Shown here in pieces: positions 19,453-28,991 of a DNA stretch of 64,000 bases. The stretch spans positions 64,001 through 128,000 of IMG/VR virus record IMGVR_UViG_3300017917_002795, one strand, 5' to 3'. Made by a program: the position numbers and the translations under genes. Source of the DNA: a virus. A model generated the notes under the pieces. It saw only the letters and a list, made by a program, of their open reading frames with translations, was not told the origin of the DNA and searched no databases. Each line of letters starts with the position of its first letter. Position 1 is the first letter of the stretch.

Positions 19453-21201
19453 ATGGCAACTTTTATAACATCCAAAGGGGTTGGGGAAACAATATCAATC
19501 ACTGTTGTAACCTCTACCGGATATTGGAAATATAACCATAACGGGACAGATTCAAGTGCTTTCGTAAATGGTGAAGACGGAGTGATAACTATATCAAACG
19601 CAAATGGTGAATTTACACTTATTTCATGTGATAGTGAAGGTAATGTAAGTGGGGATATTATTTATTTGGAATCACAAAATAACCAAATAACTTCATTTAA
19701 TGGAACAGGTTTAACATCATTAACTGAGTTGTATTTAGGTGGTAACCAATTAACATCATTTGATGGTACTGGTTTATCAGATTTAAACGTTTTGTATTTA
19801 ACCAATAACCAATTAACTGGATTTACGGGAACAGGTTTATCTTCTTTAACTCAGTTGTATTTATACAATAACCAATTAACCGGATTTACGGGAACAGGTT
19901 TAACATCATTAACTGAGTTGTATTTAGAAAATAACCAATTAACATCATTTGATGGAACAGGTTTATCTTCTTTAACTACATTGGGTTTATATAATAACCA
20001 ATTAACTTCATTTGACGGAACGGGTTTATCTTCTTTAACTACATTGGGTTTATATAATAACCAATTAACTTCATTTGACGGAACGGGTTTATCTGGATTA
20101 ATTAATTTAAATATAGAAAATAACCAATTAACTGGATTTACAGGAACTGGTTTATCTTCTTTAACTGAGTTGTATTTAGGTAATAACCCACTCACATCAT
20201 TCAATGGTGGAGATATGGGTCAAATCACAAGTTTAAATTTTCAAGGTAACTTGGGTATTTCAACACTAGAATCATTTGATGGTGGTAATATGACTGGTTT
20301 AACTGAATTGTATTTACACAATAACCAATTAACTTCATTTGATGGAACTGGTTTATCTTCTTTAACTCAGTTGGATTTAAACACCAACCAATTAACTTCA
20401 TTTGACGGAACAGGTTTATCTGGTTTAACTTCATTGGCTTTATATGGCAACCCACTCACATCATTCAATGGTGGTGACATGGGTCAAATCACCGAGTTAA
20501 ATTTTCCTGATAGTTGGAATATTACAACGCTACAATCATTTGATGGTGGTAATATGACTGGGTTAACTTCGTTATATTTATATAACAACCAATTAACTTC
20601 ATTTGATGGAACTGGTTTATCTGGATTAACTTCGTTATCTTTATATAACAACCAATTAACTTCATTTGATGGATTTATTTTTCCTGAAAGTTTAACTTAT
20701 TTAGAATTAAACAACAACCAATTAACTTCATTTGACGGAACTGGTTTATCTGGATTAACTTCGTTATCTTTAAACAGTAACCAATTAACTTCATTAGATG
20801 GATTTATTTTTCCTGAAAGTTTAACTTATTTAGAATTAAACAACAACCAATTAACTTCATTTGACGGAACTGGTTTATCTTCGTTAAATGGATTGTATTT
20901 AGCTAACAACCAATTAACATCAATTAATATTGCTGGTTGTGATATTCTTCGATATCTATACGTTAATGATAATCCATTAACACCCGTTATCAACAATTCA
21001 CTTCTAGCAAAACTTGCAGCAAATGAATTAGTAAATGATTGGAATTCTGGTGAATTCATCACAACAGGAGGAAGAACATCTGCTGGTACAACTGATTATG
21101 ATTATTTGATCGCAAATGGTTGGTCAATTGGAGGTGCTGATTTAGTTCCCGTTGTAACAGGTAAACTACGTGTTAAAGGTGTTGGACAGATTAATCCATA
21201 A
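19453..21201 (+). CDS. Leucine-rich-repeat protein (~20 repeats, mostly 21 aa)
   Basis: LTxLxLxxNQLTSFDGTGLSx repeats. Confidence 0.9.
   Translation: MATFITSKGVGETISITVVTSTGYWKYNHNGTDSSAFVNGEDGVITISNANGEFTLISCDSEGNVSGDIIYLESQNNQITSFNGTGLTSLTELYLGGNQLTSFDGTGLSDLNVLYLTNNQLTGFTGTGLSSLTQLYLYNNQLTGFTGTGLTSLTELYLENNQLTSFDGTGLSSLTTLGLYNNQLTSFDGTGLSSLTTLGLYNNQLTSFDGTGLSGLINLNIENNQLTGFTGTGLSSLTELYLGNNPLTSFNGGDMGQITSLNFQGNLGISTLESFDGGNMTGLTELYLHNNQLTSFDGTGLSSLTQLDLNTNQLTSFDGTGLSGLTSLALYGNPLTSFNGGDMGQITELNFPDSWNITTLQSFDGGNMTGLTSLYLYNNQLTSFDGTGLSGLTSLSLYNNQLTSFDGFIFPESLTYLELNNNQLTSFDGTGLSGLTSLSLNSNQLTSLDGFIFPESLTYLELNNNQLTSFDGTGLSSLNGLYLANNQLTSINIAGCDILRYLYVNDNPLTPVINNSLLAKLAANELVNDWNSGEFITTGGRTSAGTTDYDYLIANGWSIGGADLVPVVTGKLRVKGVGQINP
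19960..20094 (+). repeat. Exact 63-bp tandem duplication inside LRR gene
   Basis: 19960-20022 identical to 20023-20085. Confidence 0.9.
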
Positions 21202-21226
21202 CATTTACATTTAACCAAACACAAAG

Positions 21227-21254
21227 AAAGGGACTTCAAAAGAGTCCCTTTTTT
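21227..21254. terminator. Probable bidirectional terminator between convergent genes
   Basis: AAAGGGACTT-CAAAA-GAGTCCCTTT with T-tract downstream and A-rich sequence upstream. Confidence 0.8.
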
Positions 21255-21273
21255 ACATTCCTATAGGTAACAT

Positions 21274-22458
21274 TTACATATATAGGTTCGTCATTGGATC
21301 ATATACCAATCCTTTATTTCCACCATTAAATAAACCTTCAATTAAACGGTCATATGTTTCAACCACTTCTTCATTATCAATATGGTAACGTTGTAAAACT
21401 TTATCGTTTCTCTCATTGTATTCATCTATATTTTTATCGTGTTCTGTTAAAATATAGTTTAATGTTTTAGAAGCCTCAACCGTATCTGAACCCTCATAAT
21501 AATATCCCAAATCTTTACACATTAGAGCATTATGTAATACTGGATACCCTAAATAAGCAGCATCCAAATACAGATAATTTAATGGATTTAATAGTTGATG
21601 ACAAATCAACACATCCAAATGTTGAGTTAACATATAAGCTGTTTGATAACGCGACTCAGAACTTATCTTACCTTCTCTAAACAAATCAAATGTTTGAATT
21701 ATGGACATAAATTCTCGATGTTTTGAAACTACCGTTCCATTTGTAATACGAAGTTTATCAATGTGTTTTCGGCCTGTAATAGTGCGATACGATTCCTCAG
21801 CAATCATGGCTGGAATCAAACAAAACTTAACAATGTTTAGGTTTGGCTCCATAATACCTAAAATTTTCTTTTCTTTGGTGTTATCGTATTGCCAATCTTT
21901 TTTATATTTTTCGGCCTTGAATCCTTTATGTATTTCTCTAACCGCCTCAAACAGAAATTTTTCTGACCATATAAAAGGAACAGATAGAGCATTTGTGCGA
22001 TACAATGTCTTATATAATCCAGAATTTACCTCATCTTGTTGTGGAACATACCATATTTCATCATATTGACGTTCATATTGAAACTTCTTATCCTCACTTG
22101 GACGAAACAAAATATTTTCCATATGGATCACATAGTTGTTTCCACATTTGTAAGATACGACTTTTTTATTATCTCCAGAACGTTTAAATGTTTCAAGTTG
22201 ATAGTCGTGTATTTGAGCACCCATCACAATTAATAGGTCCATTTCCAAGAACTTATCGTTAAAGTAATGAATGTCTATTCCATCAAGGTATGAAGGACGT
22301 TCTGTAAAATCTACATTCATTGAGTTTAAAATGCAGACGTCATAGCCTTTCTTTGAATTTTTCAACAGGTGTACAAGCATCAAAACATTTTGTTTGATAC
22401 CGTTTGTCCAAATGGATTCTTTGTTGTCTTTTAAGCCGAGTGTAATTCCTATTTTCAT
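21274..22458 (-). CDS. DUF2827-family protein (putative glycosyltransferase-like)
   Basis: IGITL...SIWTNGIKQN, IMEPNLNIVK and HQLLNPLNYLYLDAAYLGYPVLHN...GYYY motifs. Confidence 0.7.
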   Translation of the reverse strand: MKIGITLGLKDNKESIWTNGIKQNVLMLVHLLKNSKKGYDVCILNSMNVDFTERPSYLDGIDIHYFNDKFLEMDLLIVMGAQIHDYQLETFKRSGDNKKVVSYKCGNNYVIHMENILFRPSEDKKFQYERQYDEIWYVPQQDEVNSGLYKTLYRTNALSVPFIWSEKFLFEAVREIHKGFKAEKYKKDWQYDNTKEKKILGIMEPNLNIVKFCLIPAMIAEESYRTITGRKHIDKLRITNGTVVSKHREFMSIIQTFDLFREGKISSESRYQTAYMLTQHLDVLICHQLLNPLNYLYLDAAYLGYPVLHNALMCKDLGYYYEGSDTVEASKTLNYILTEHDKNIDEYNERNDKVLQRYHIDNEEVVETYDRLIEGLFNGGNKGLVYDPMTNLYM

Positions 22459-23012
22459 AGTCGTTTTCCGTGTTTATTTACAAATTGTTCTACAAGTTTA
22501 TTTCTACGTTCTTCAGATGGTGCGTGAGCATATAACCAGATAAATGATGCTTCTATGGCGGCTAATTCTTCACGCTTATGCATTATCCGTTGTTTCAATA
22601 TATCTTTATCCTCAGGATCTATGGAGTGCGTTATATTCAATCTATGGCATATTTCATACAATGCAAACAAATCAAATTCTTCAGCTGCATTTGTAGCTTC
22701 TACATATAATTCATGAAGACTTGTATCTGCACATCGGTCCGGATGAGTGTGTTTTGCAATTTCTCGGTACAATCGTTTTACTTTGTCTCGAGTGCTAGCA
22801 TCCACTGTGTCAGGATCAATGCGTCGTTTTGCTGGACGTTCTGGCATTGATTCTGGTTCAGGCTCTGGTTCTCCGTTTGCTTCTCTAACACGTTTTAAAA
22901 ATTCTGTTTTGTTAGCGGCAATGATTTCTTGTTTGTATTCTTCATCTAACAATAAAAAACTATATTCTTGCAACAATTTCTTCACCTCAAGATGCTGTAT
23001 TTTATCATTCAT
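22455..23012 (-). CDS. J-domain (DnaJ-like) protein
   Basis: VKRLYREIAKHTHPD motif; minus-strand late-motif variant at 23024-23032. Confidence 0.75.
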   Translation of the reverse strand: MNDKIQHLEVKKLLQEYSFLLLDEEYKQEIIAANKTEFLKRVREANGEPEPEPESMPERPAKRRIDPDTVDASTRDKVKRLYREIAKHTHPDRCADTSLHELYVEATNAAEEFDLFALYEICHRLNITHSIDPEDKDILKQRIMHKREELAAIEASFIWLYAHAPSEERRNKLVEQFVNKHGKRL

Positions 23013-23081
23013 TGCCGGTTTATAATAAATATGATAAGATATTTTAATACGGATATTTATATATAAAAAAAGTTAACGGAT

Positions 23082-26000
23082 ATGCCAATTGCTAGCAAGA
23101 ACATTAATGCCGAAAAGATCCAGGGAAATTTAGACATCACCACAGTCAGTGCTTCAGCATTTACTGGTAGTTTCATTGGAGATGGTGCTGGTTTATACAA
23201 CTTACCAACCGGTTCATTGTTAACTACCGCATCATTCAATGCTTATACAGGATCTAATACTAGCCAATTTGCCGGAACTGCATCATTTGCATATAGTTCT
23301 AGCGACGCCATTACAGCATCATACTATGCAGAAACAGATCCTATCTTTACAGCAGTTTCTGGGACATTTACGACAACAGCATCATTTGAAGCATTTACAG
23401 GTTCAATTCAACCACAAGTTGATGCCCTGATTGCTGCAACATCAAGCTATGTTCAATCAAGCCAAACTGCTTCAATGACTGTATTGAGTTCATCTTATGC
23501 TCAAACAGCCTCAAATATATTAGGTGGCAAAGCAACACATGTACCATACTTCATAACAGACACAACACTAGCTACTAGCTCAATATATCAATCAGGTTCA
23601 ACTAGTGTTATAATCAACCAAGATAACAATACAACAGCCAATCCAGAAGCATTGTATGTTTGGCAACCAAGTACCACATCAATCAATGTAATATCCGGAA
23701 AAGGTAATTTAAACAATTACTTGCAATTGAATATCCAAAATACCAATCAAGGCCCAGATGCATCATCAGATATCGTAGCAACAGCGAATAACGGAAGCGA
23801 AACGGACAACTACATTGATATGGGTATCAATAGTCAGAATTATGCTGGATTTTTAGGAGGACCAAACGACTCATATTTATACTCCCATGGTCAAAATATG
23901 TGGTTCGGAAACATCAATGATGGCCATGATATAATCTTCTTTAATAGTTCAAGTCAAGAGGCAATCATAAAACTTACGGCTGCTGGTCAAGCTGAAATAA
24001 CTGGATCGCTGTTTGGTACTGCATCATGGGCTAGAAATGCTGTAAGCGCATCAACCACAGTAACTGCATCTTATGCTATATTAGCAGAAAATGCTAAAAA
24101 TGCAGTAAGCGCATCTCATGCTACAAATTCAATGAATTCATTGAATGCCATAAGCGCATCTCATGCGTTATTGGCTGATAATGCCCTTGCAGCAAATTAT
24201 GCAGCTAGCGCCGGGAATGGTGGAGTAACCCAACTAATAGCCGGATCTGGTGTTACATTATTGCCCCCAAGCGGATTAGGCAATGTAACGGTGATTGCCA
24301 CAGGTACAGGTGGTGTAACAATCATATCCGGATCGATTGTAACTGGATCATTCACTAATACAACATCATACACATTCAATCACAACCTAGGCATTAGAAC
24401 ACCTATCATAACAGTATTTGATTCCAATTACAATCAAATTATTCCACAAAATATACAACTTGTAGACACAGCTAGCGCCATAATAACATTTCCAACTCTA
24501 GAAAGTGGATTTGCCATTGGGTCAACTGGTGGAACAACCGGAACTGCACTATCTTCTTCATATTCTACATTTTCAACATATGCAGACACAGCATCATATT
24601 TTGCAGAAACAGATCCAGTATTTGTAGCTCGAAGTGCATCATTAGCAACGACGGGTTCAAACACGTTTAGAGGTAACCAAACAATATCAGGTTCAGTAAC
24701 AATAACTGGATCATTAACTGTATCTGGATCAAGCACATTTACAAAGATAGGTCCTTCTATATTTAGTGGTAGTGTGACTTTGGTAAATGGTGCTACTGGT
24801 TCTTTATTTGGAACATCATCATTTGCAATAACTGCATCATATGCCCTAAATGTACTAAGCGCATCATACGCTCAGACATCATCATATGCTTTACAAGTAT
24901 TAAGTGCTTCATATGCTTTAACATCTTCATATGCTACATTTGCTGAAACTGCTTCATCTTCGTTAAATGCACAAGATATTTTGATATATGTTTTAAACCA
25001 ATCCGGTCAAAATATTGCAAAAGGTGTTGTAGTTCATATAACTGCATCTGGAAACTCAAGTGACATCCCTAGAATCATAACAGCATCATATGAAAATGAT
25101 TCAAATTCAGCTAACACTTTAGGTGTTACAAATCAAGCAATTGCAAATGGTGGTTTAGGTTATGTAATGACTGAAGGTGTGCTTAGAGGGATTGATACTT
25201 CAAATTTCCAATCGGGTCAATTAATATATTTAGGTGCAACTGGTTCTATAATTGGAACTGCTCCTGTAGCACCTCTACATGCTGTGCGTTTAGGCCAAGT
25301 AGTAAGAGAACAATCAAATAATGGTTCAGTTTATGTTCGTGTAGATAACGGTTATGAAATAGGTGAATTACATGATGTTAGAGATACAACTACAACTAGT
25401 TCATTTGGTGATTTATTAATTAAGAGTGGTAGTGTTTGGACTAACTCAAAACAACTAACAGGCTCATACGGAATAACAGGCTCCCTAACAATATCAGGTT
25501 CTTCTACTTTTACCAATATAGGCCCTGCTGTATTTACGGGTAGTGTTAATATAACAGGTTCTACTACACAAACAGGAAATAATACGTTAATTGGTAACAC
25601 AACATTAAGTGGTAGTATTGATGTAAGCGGATCTCAAACCTTTAATGGTACATCATCTTTCTATGGTAATCATCTATTAAGTGGAAGTAATACTATTAGA
25701 GGAAATACTTTTATGTTTGGTAACATACAAGTAAGTGGATCTTCTAATTTTAATAACAGTGAATTCATAGTAACTGGTTCTACATCTATCTTAGGTAATT
25801 TCAATGTAAAAGGTACATCTGTATTCTCAGATACAACATTTACAGTTACTGGATCTCAGTATTTCACCGGATCATCTTTTATAAACGGCAATCAAACGTT
25901 AACAGGTAATTCAACAGTTACGGGTTCGTTAAATGTATTGGGAAATATCAACGTAGTAAGTGGTTCATCTTTTACGAGATGGGGTAACAAATTATTCAAT

Positions 26001-26429
26001 TATGGACAATTCGCCCATACAGCATCCATCCCAGTAACAGCAAATGTATCAGCATCATTTGTTTTACCATTAACCTATTTTAATGATGGTGTACGCATAA
26101 CTAGTGGTAGTAGAATCACATTTGAAAATACTGGTTTATATAACATACAATATTCAGCGATAGCAAATCAAGGAGTAGGATCGCCTACTTTACGTCTATG
26201 GTTTAGAAAAACAGGATCAAATATAGATAATTCTACTTCAATAGTACAATTACAAAACAATAGTCAAACAGCATTAACCTATAATTTTGCATTTCCTTTT
26301 AATGCAAATGAATATGTTGAATTGTGGTATCAATCAAGCACAGCAAACACATCATTCCCATACACAGCTGCAGGAAACGGATTTCCAGCATCGCCATCGA
26401 TAATATTAACAGTAACACAGATAGCATAA
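23082..26429 (+). CDS. Large Ser/Thr/Gly-rich tail fibre-like protein
   Basis: TASYA/ITGSL repeats, GELHDV motif, compact C-terminal beta domain; late motif at 23053. Confidence 0.75.
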   Translation: MPIASKNINAEKIQGNLDITTVSASAFTGSFIGDGAGLYNLPTGSLLTTASFNAYTGSNTSQFAGTASFAYSSSDAITASYYAETDPIFTAVSGTFTTTASFEAFTGSIQPQVDALIAATSSYVQSSQTASMTVLSSSYAQTASNILGGKATHVPYFITDTTLATSSIYQSGSTSVIINQDNNTTANPEALYVWQPSTTSINVISGKGNLNNYLQLNIQNTNQGPDASSDIVATANNGSETDNYIDMGINSQNYAGFLGGPNDSYLYSHGQNMWFGNINDGHDIIFFNSSSQEAIIKLTAAGQAEITGSLFGTASWARNAVSASTTVTASYAILAENAKNAVSASHATNSMNSLNAISASHALLADNALAANYAASAGNGGVTQLIAGSGVTLLPPSGLGNVTVIATGTGGVTIISGSIVTGSFTNTTSYTFNHNLGIRTPIITVFDSNYNQIIPQNIQLVDTASAIITFPTLESGFAIGSTGGTTGTALSSSYSTFSTYADTASYFAETDPVFVARSASLATTGSNTFRGNQTISGSVTITGSLTVSGSSTFTKIGPSIFSGSVTLVNGATGSLFGTSSFAITASYALNVLSASYAQTSSYALQVLSASYALTSSYATFAETASSSLNAQDILIYVLNQSGQNIAKGVVVHITASGNSSDIPRIITASYENDSNSANTLGVTNQAIANGGLGYVMTEGVLRGIDTSNFQSGQLIYLGATGSIIGTAPVAPLHAVRLGQVVREQSNNGSVYVRVDNGYEIGELHDVRDTTTTSSFGDLLIKSGSVWTNSKQLTGSYGITGSLTISGSSTFTNIGPAVFTGSVNITGSTTQTGNNTLIGNTTLSGSIDVSGSQTFNGTSSFYGNHLLSGSNTIRGNTFMFGNIQVSGSSNFNNSEFIVTGSTSILGNFNVKGTSVFSDTTFTVTGSQYFTGSSFINGNQTLTGNSTVTGSLNVLGNINVVSGSSFTRWGNKLFNYGQFAHTASIPVTANVSASFVLPLTYFNDGVRITSGSRITFENTGLYNIQYSAIANQGVGSPTLRLWFRKTGSNIDNSTSIVQLQNNSQTALTYNFAFPFNANEYVELWYQSSTANTSFPYTAAGNGFPASPSIILTVTQIA

Positions 26430-26430
26430 A

Positions 26431-27072
26431 ATGAGAATATTTCAACCCATAATCTCCGGATCATTTACAACCTCAGGATCTGTATTTTTACAAGGTTTAA
26501 CATCTACATCTCAGCCAAATGTTATTTTAATTGATACTGCATCTGGACAATTATACTTTACATCATCCGCTGATTTTGGCAGTGGTAATGTAGATACCGG
26601 TTCATTGTTAACTACTGCATCATTCAATGCATATACTGGATCTAATACTAGCCAATTTGCTGGAACTTCATCATTTGCTCAAACTACTAACACTGCAATA
26701 ACAGCTCAAACTGCATCATATAGCAGTATTTTAACGGTTAGTAGTAAATTATTAATTGATGCTACATTAACGGATTATGCATCTGTCACATCTACAATTG
26801 TAGGGTCAAATAACCTTGTTACACAGGCAACAGGATCATATACATCTGCATTTGGTAAGTATACGTTACATAATGGCGCAAATGCAAGATCCGGAGAGTT
26901 TTGGACGGTATGGAACGGCACAACAACAGTGTATACAGATACATCAACCAATGACATCGGAAACACTGATACAATTACATTTAATTCAGCCATAATCGGA
27001 AACAACATACAAATAGATGCAGTAGCTGGTTCATCTGGCTGGTCTGTGAAAATGCTAATAACTTTCATATAA
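26431..27072 (+). CDS. Fibre-associated structural protein
   Basis: Shares an 83-bp module with the 23082 gene. Confidence 0.65.
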   Translation: MRIFQPIISGSFTTSGSVFLQGLTSTSQPNVILIDTASGQLYFTSSADFGSGNVDTGSLLTTASFNAYTGSNTSQFAGTSSFAQTTNTAITAQTASYSSILTVSSKLLIDATLTDYASVTSTIVGSNNLVTQATGSYTSAFGKYTLHNGANARSGEFWTVWNGTTTVYTDTSTNDIGNTDTITFNSAIIGNNIQIDAVAGSSGWSVKMLITFI

Positions 27073-27120
27073 CATATTTATAATAAACCGAGTCTTGGAT
27101 AGGGAAAAGATTTAGAAATT

Positions 27121-27357
27121 ATGGCTAACGAATTCATAGCACGCAACGGCCTTATTGCACAAAACAACACAGTTATAACTGGTTCATTGACCGTAACAAA
27201 CGGTATTACAGGAAGTTTATATGGAACTGCAAGTTGGGCCACACAAGCCATAACAGCATCATTCTTGCCCATCGGAACATACAACATAACATCGAGTTGG
27301 GCCGTAAGTGCATCAAACTCAATATCCGCATCATACATTGACGGAGGATTTTATTAA
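27121..27357 (+). CDS. Small fibre-type protein (MANEF..., ends IDGGFY)
   Basis: Own late motif at 27074; ITGSL/TASWA motifs. Confidence 0.6.
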   Translation: MANEFIARNGLIAQNNTVITGSLTVTNGITGSLYGTASWATQAITASFLPIGTYNITSSWAVSASNSISASYIDGGFY

Positions 27358-27388
27358 TGTATATTTATATAAAAAAATGATGTAAATT

Positions 27389-27985
27389 ATGTCGACTAGA
27401 ACCATACATTGGACCGAAGATACTAAAACGATGAAAATCCGCACTGACATTCCGGGATTTTTCATTGAGTTCAGCAATCAGATGGTTTACCGCATAAAAA
27501 ACGAAACTGGCACGACATTAACACCGGGTACGGTTGTGCGGTTTTCTGGTTCTGACACATTTCCTACGGTTGCATTAGCTGATTATACTTCATACGCAAC
27601 ATCAGAAGGAACATTGGGAATTGTAGCACATTCAATATCCAATGACGCTGAAGGATATGTAGTAACAGCCGGTATAGCTCGAAACATCCCGTTAACTGGA
27701 TATGACAACGGTACAGACCTTTATTTGCATTCCTCCGGTTCATTCACTGCAACACGTCCTACCGCACCTCTTCCGGAAGTGTATTTAGGTACTGTGATAC
27801 GATCAGGCAGCGCTGGCATAATGAGTGTAAACATTGAATTAGGCGCTGAATTAGAAGAATTGCATAATGTTAAAATAAATAATCCTAACAATGGAGATAT
27901 ATTATCTTGGGATTCAACACAAAACGTTTGGAAAAATATTAACAACACAAATTCATCCTCCTCGGTAGATGGCGGAACATATTAA
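27389..27985 (+). CDS. Fibre-type protein paralogous to an internal domain of the 23082 protein
   Basis: KNETG...GTVV...TLGIV...GYVVTAG...APL..V.LG.V.R...ELEELHNV matches the internal domain of the 23082 ORF. Confidence 0.65.
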   Translation: MSTRTIHWTEDTKTMKIRTDIPGFFIEFSNQMVYRIKNETGTTLTPGTVVRFSGSDTFPTVALADYTSYATSEGTLGIVAHSISNDAEGYVVTAGIARNIPLTGYDNGTDLYLHSSGSFTATRPTAPLPEVYLGTVIRSGSAGIMSVNIELGAELEELHNVKINNPNNGDILSWDSTQNVWKNINNTNSSSSVDGGTY

Positions 27986-27997
27986 TATATTTAAAAG

Positions 27998-28687
27998 ATG
28001 GCAGATAAAATATTACATAAACGTAGTTTAACACCAGGCAGTGTTCCTACAACCGCATCAATTCTTCCAGGCGAATTGGCAATAAATGTACCAGATGGTA
28101 AATTGTTTTTACGGCAATCTGGCAGTGTAGAACGAATCGTTAACATAGGAGAATCGGCTTCATTTGCAGCAACTGCATCATTTGCCACTTCAGCGTCCAC
28201 AGTACCTGCTAGTGGTGTTGTAGGTTTAAATTTATCTCAAATAGCAACAGGGAGTGTAACTGCATCTGTTTCTGCAACACAATTTACAGTTTCCAGCGGA
28301 AGCACAACAGAATTCACTGTGACAGGAACGGGGGTGACCATAGGAAGTGTTATAACAGATACACATACCGTTACCGGTTCATTACTCGTGTCTGGATCAG
28401 TCATTGCAGCAAGTTTTTCTGGTTCATTTACTGGTTCATATACTGGTTCATTTAGAGGTGATGGATCCCTTTTAACGGGTATAGAAAACATTCGACGAAG
28501 CGATTTTACTGGGTCAGTTGATCCAAATATCAGTTTGCTTTATTTAGGTGAAGCACGGCTTGGATCTTTAGAATCAGATGCAGTTTGGAGTATTTCTCAA
28601 CTCACTATATCTTCATCTGGGGCAACAACCACACGAACCACTTCAAGTGCAGCTTGGACAAACAGATACACATACACATATTTATAA
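27998..28687 (+). CDS. Fibre protein with Mtd_N-like N-terminus
   Basis: ILHKRS..PGSVP...GELAINVPDGKLF motif. Confidence 0.6.
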   Translation: MADKILHKRSLTPGSVPTTASILPGELAINVPDGKLFLRQSGSVERIVNIGESASFAATASFATSASTVPASGVVGLNLSQIATGSVTASVSATQFTVSSGSTTEFTVTGTGVTIGSVITDTHTVTGSLLVSGSVIAASFSGSFTGSYTGSFRGDGSLLTGIENIRRSDFTGSVDPNISLLYLGEARLGSLESDAVWSISQLTISSSGATTTRTTSSAAWTNRYTYTYL

Positions 28688-28700
28688 TAAAGGAAATGTT

Positions 28701-28991
28701 ATGCCAATACAATCTGTAAACCCGATCATAGTAGATGACGTTGAATATCCATACTACACAGTAAACCTATCAATTTCACCTTTAGTTAAAGACACGGAAG
28801 TTGGTGCTAGTGTTGCAATGCGTTTAACACCGTACCGTGAATTGGAGGGAGGACGCCCTGATATATTACAAGGACATGATCAGCCTGTGGTTTATTTGGA
28901 TGTATTTGCTTCTGAAGACGTGCCAGCTGAAACGGCAGCATACAACATTTTAGGAATCATTCAACAATTCATAACGGAAAAAGGATTGTAA
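28701..28991 (+). CDS. Hypothetical protein heading the paralog operon
   Basis: ATG 28701 with AAGGA RBS and late motif at 28678. Confidence 0.65.
   Translation: MPIQSVNPIIVDDVEYPYYTVNLSISPLVKDTEVGASVAMRLTPYRELEGGRPDILQGHDQPVVYLDVFASEDVPAETAAYNILGIIQQFITEKGL

Noticed and set aside
19680-20920. 63-bp repeats as a CRISPR array or DGR template/variable repeats
   Set aside because: Repeats are in-frame coding LRR units without unique spacers; no cas or reverse transcriptase gene in the window
28578-28700. Upstream extensions in the ORF track (also 752, 5618, 16480, 33339, 56531, 58596, 61475, 62983)
   Set aside because: Downstream ATGs fit RBS, promoter position, gene packing or paralog N-termini better
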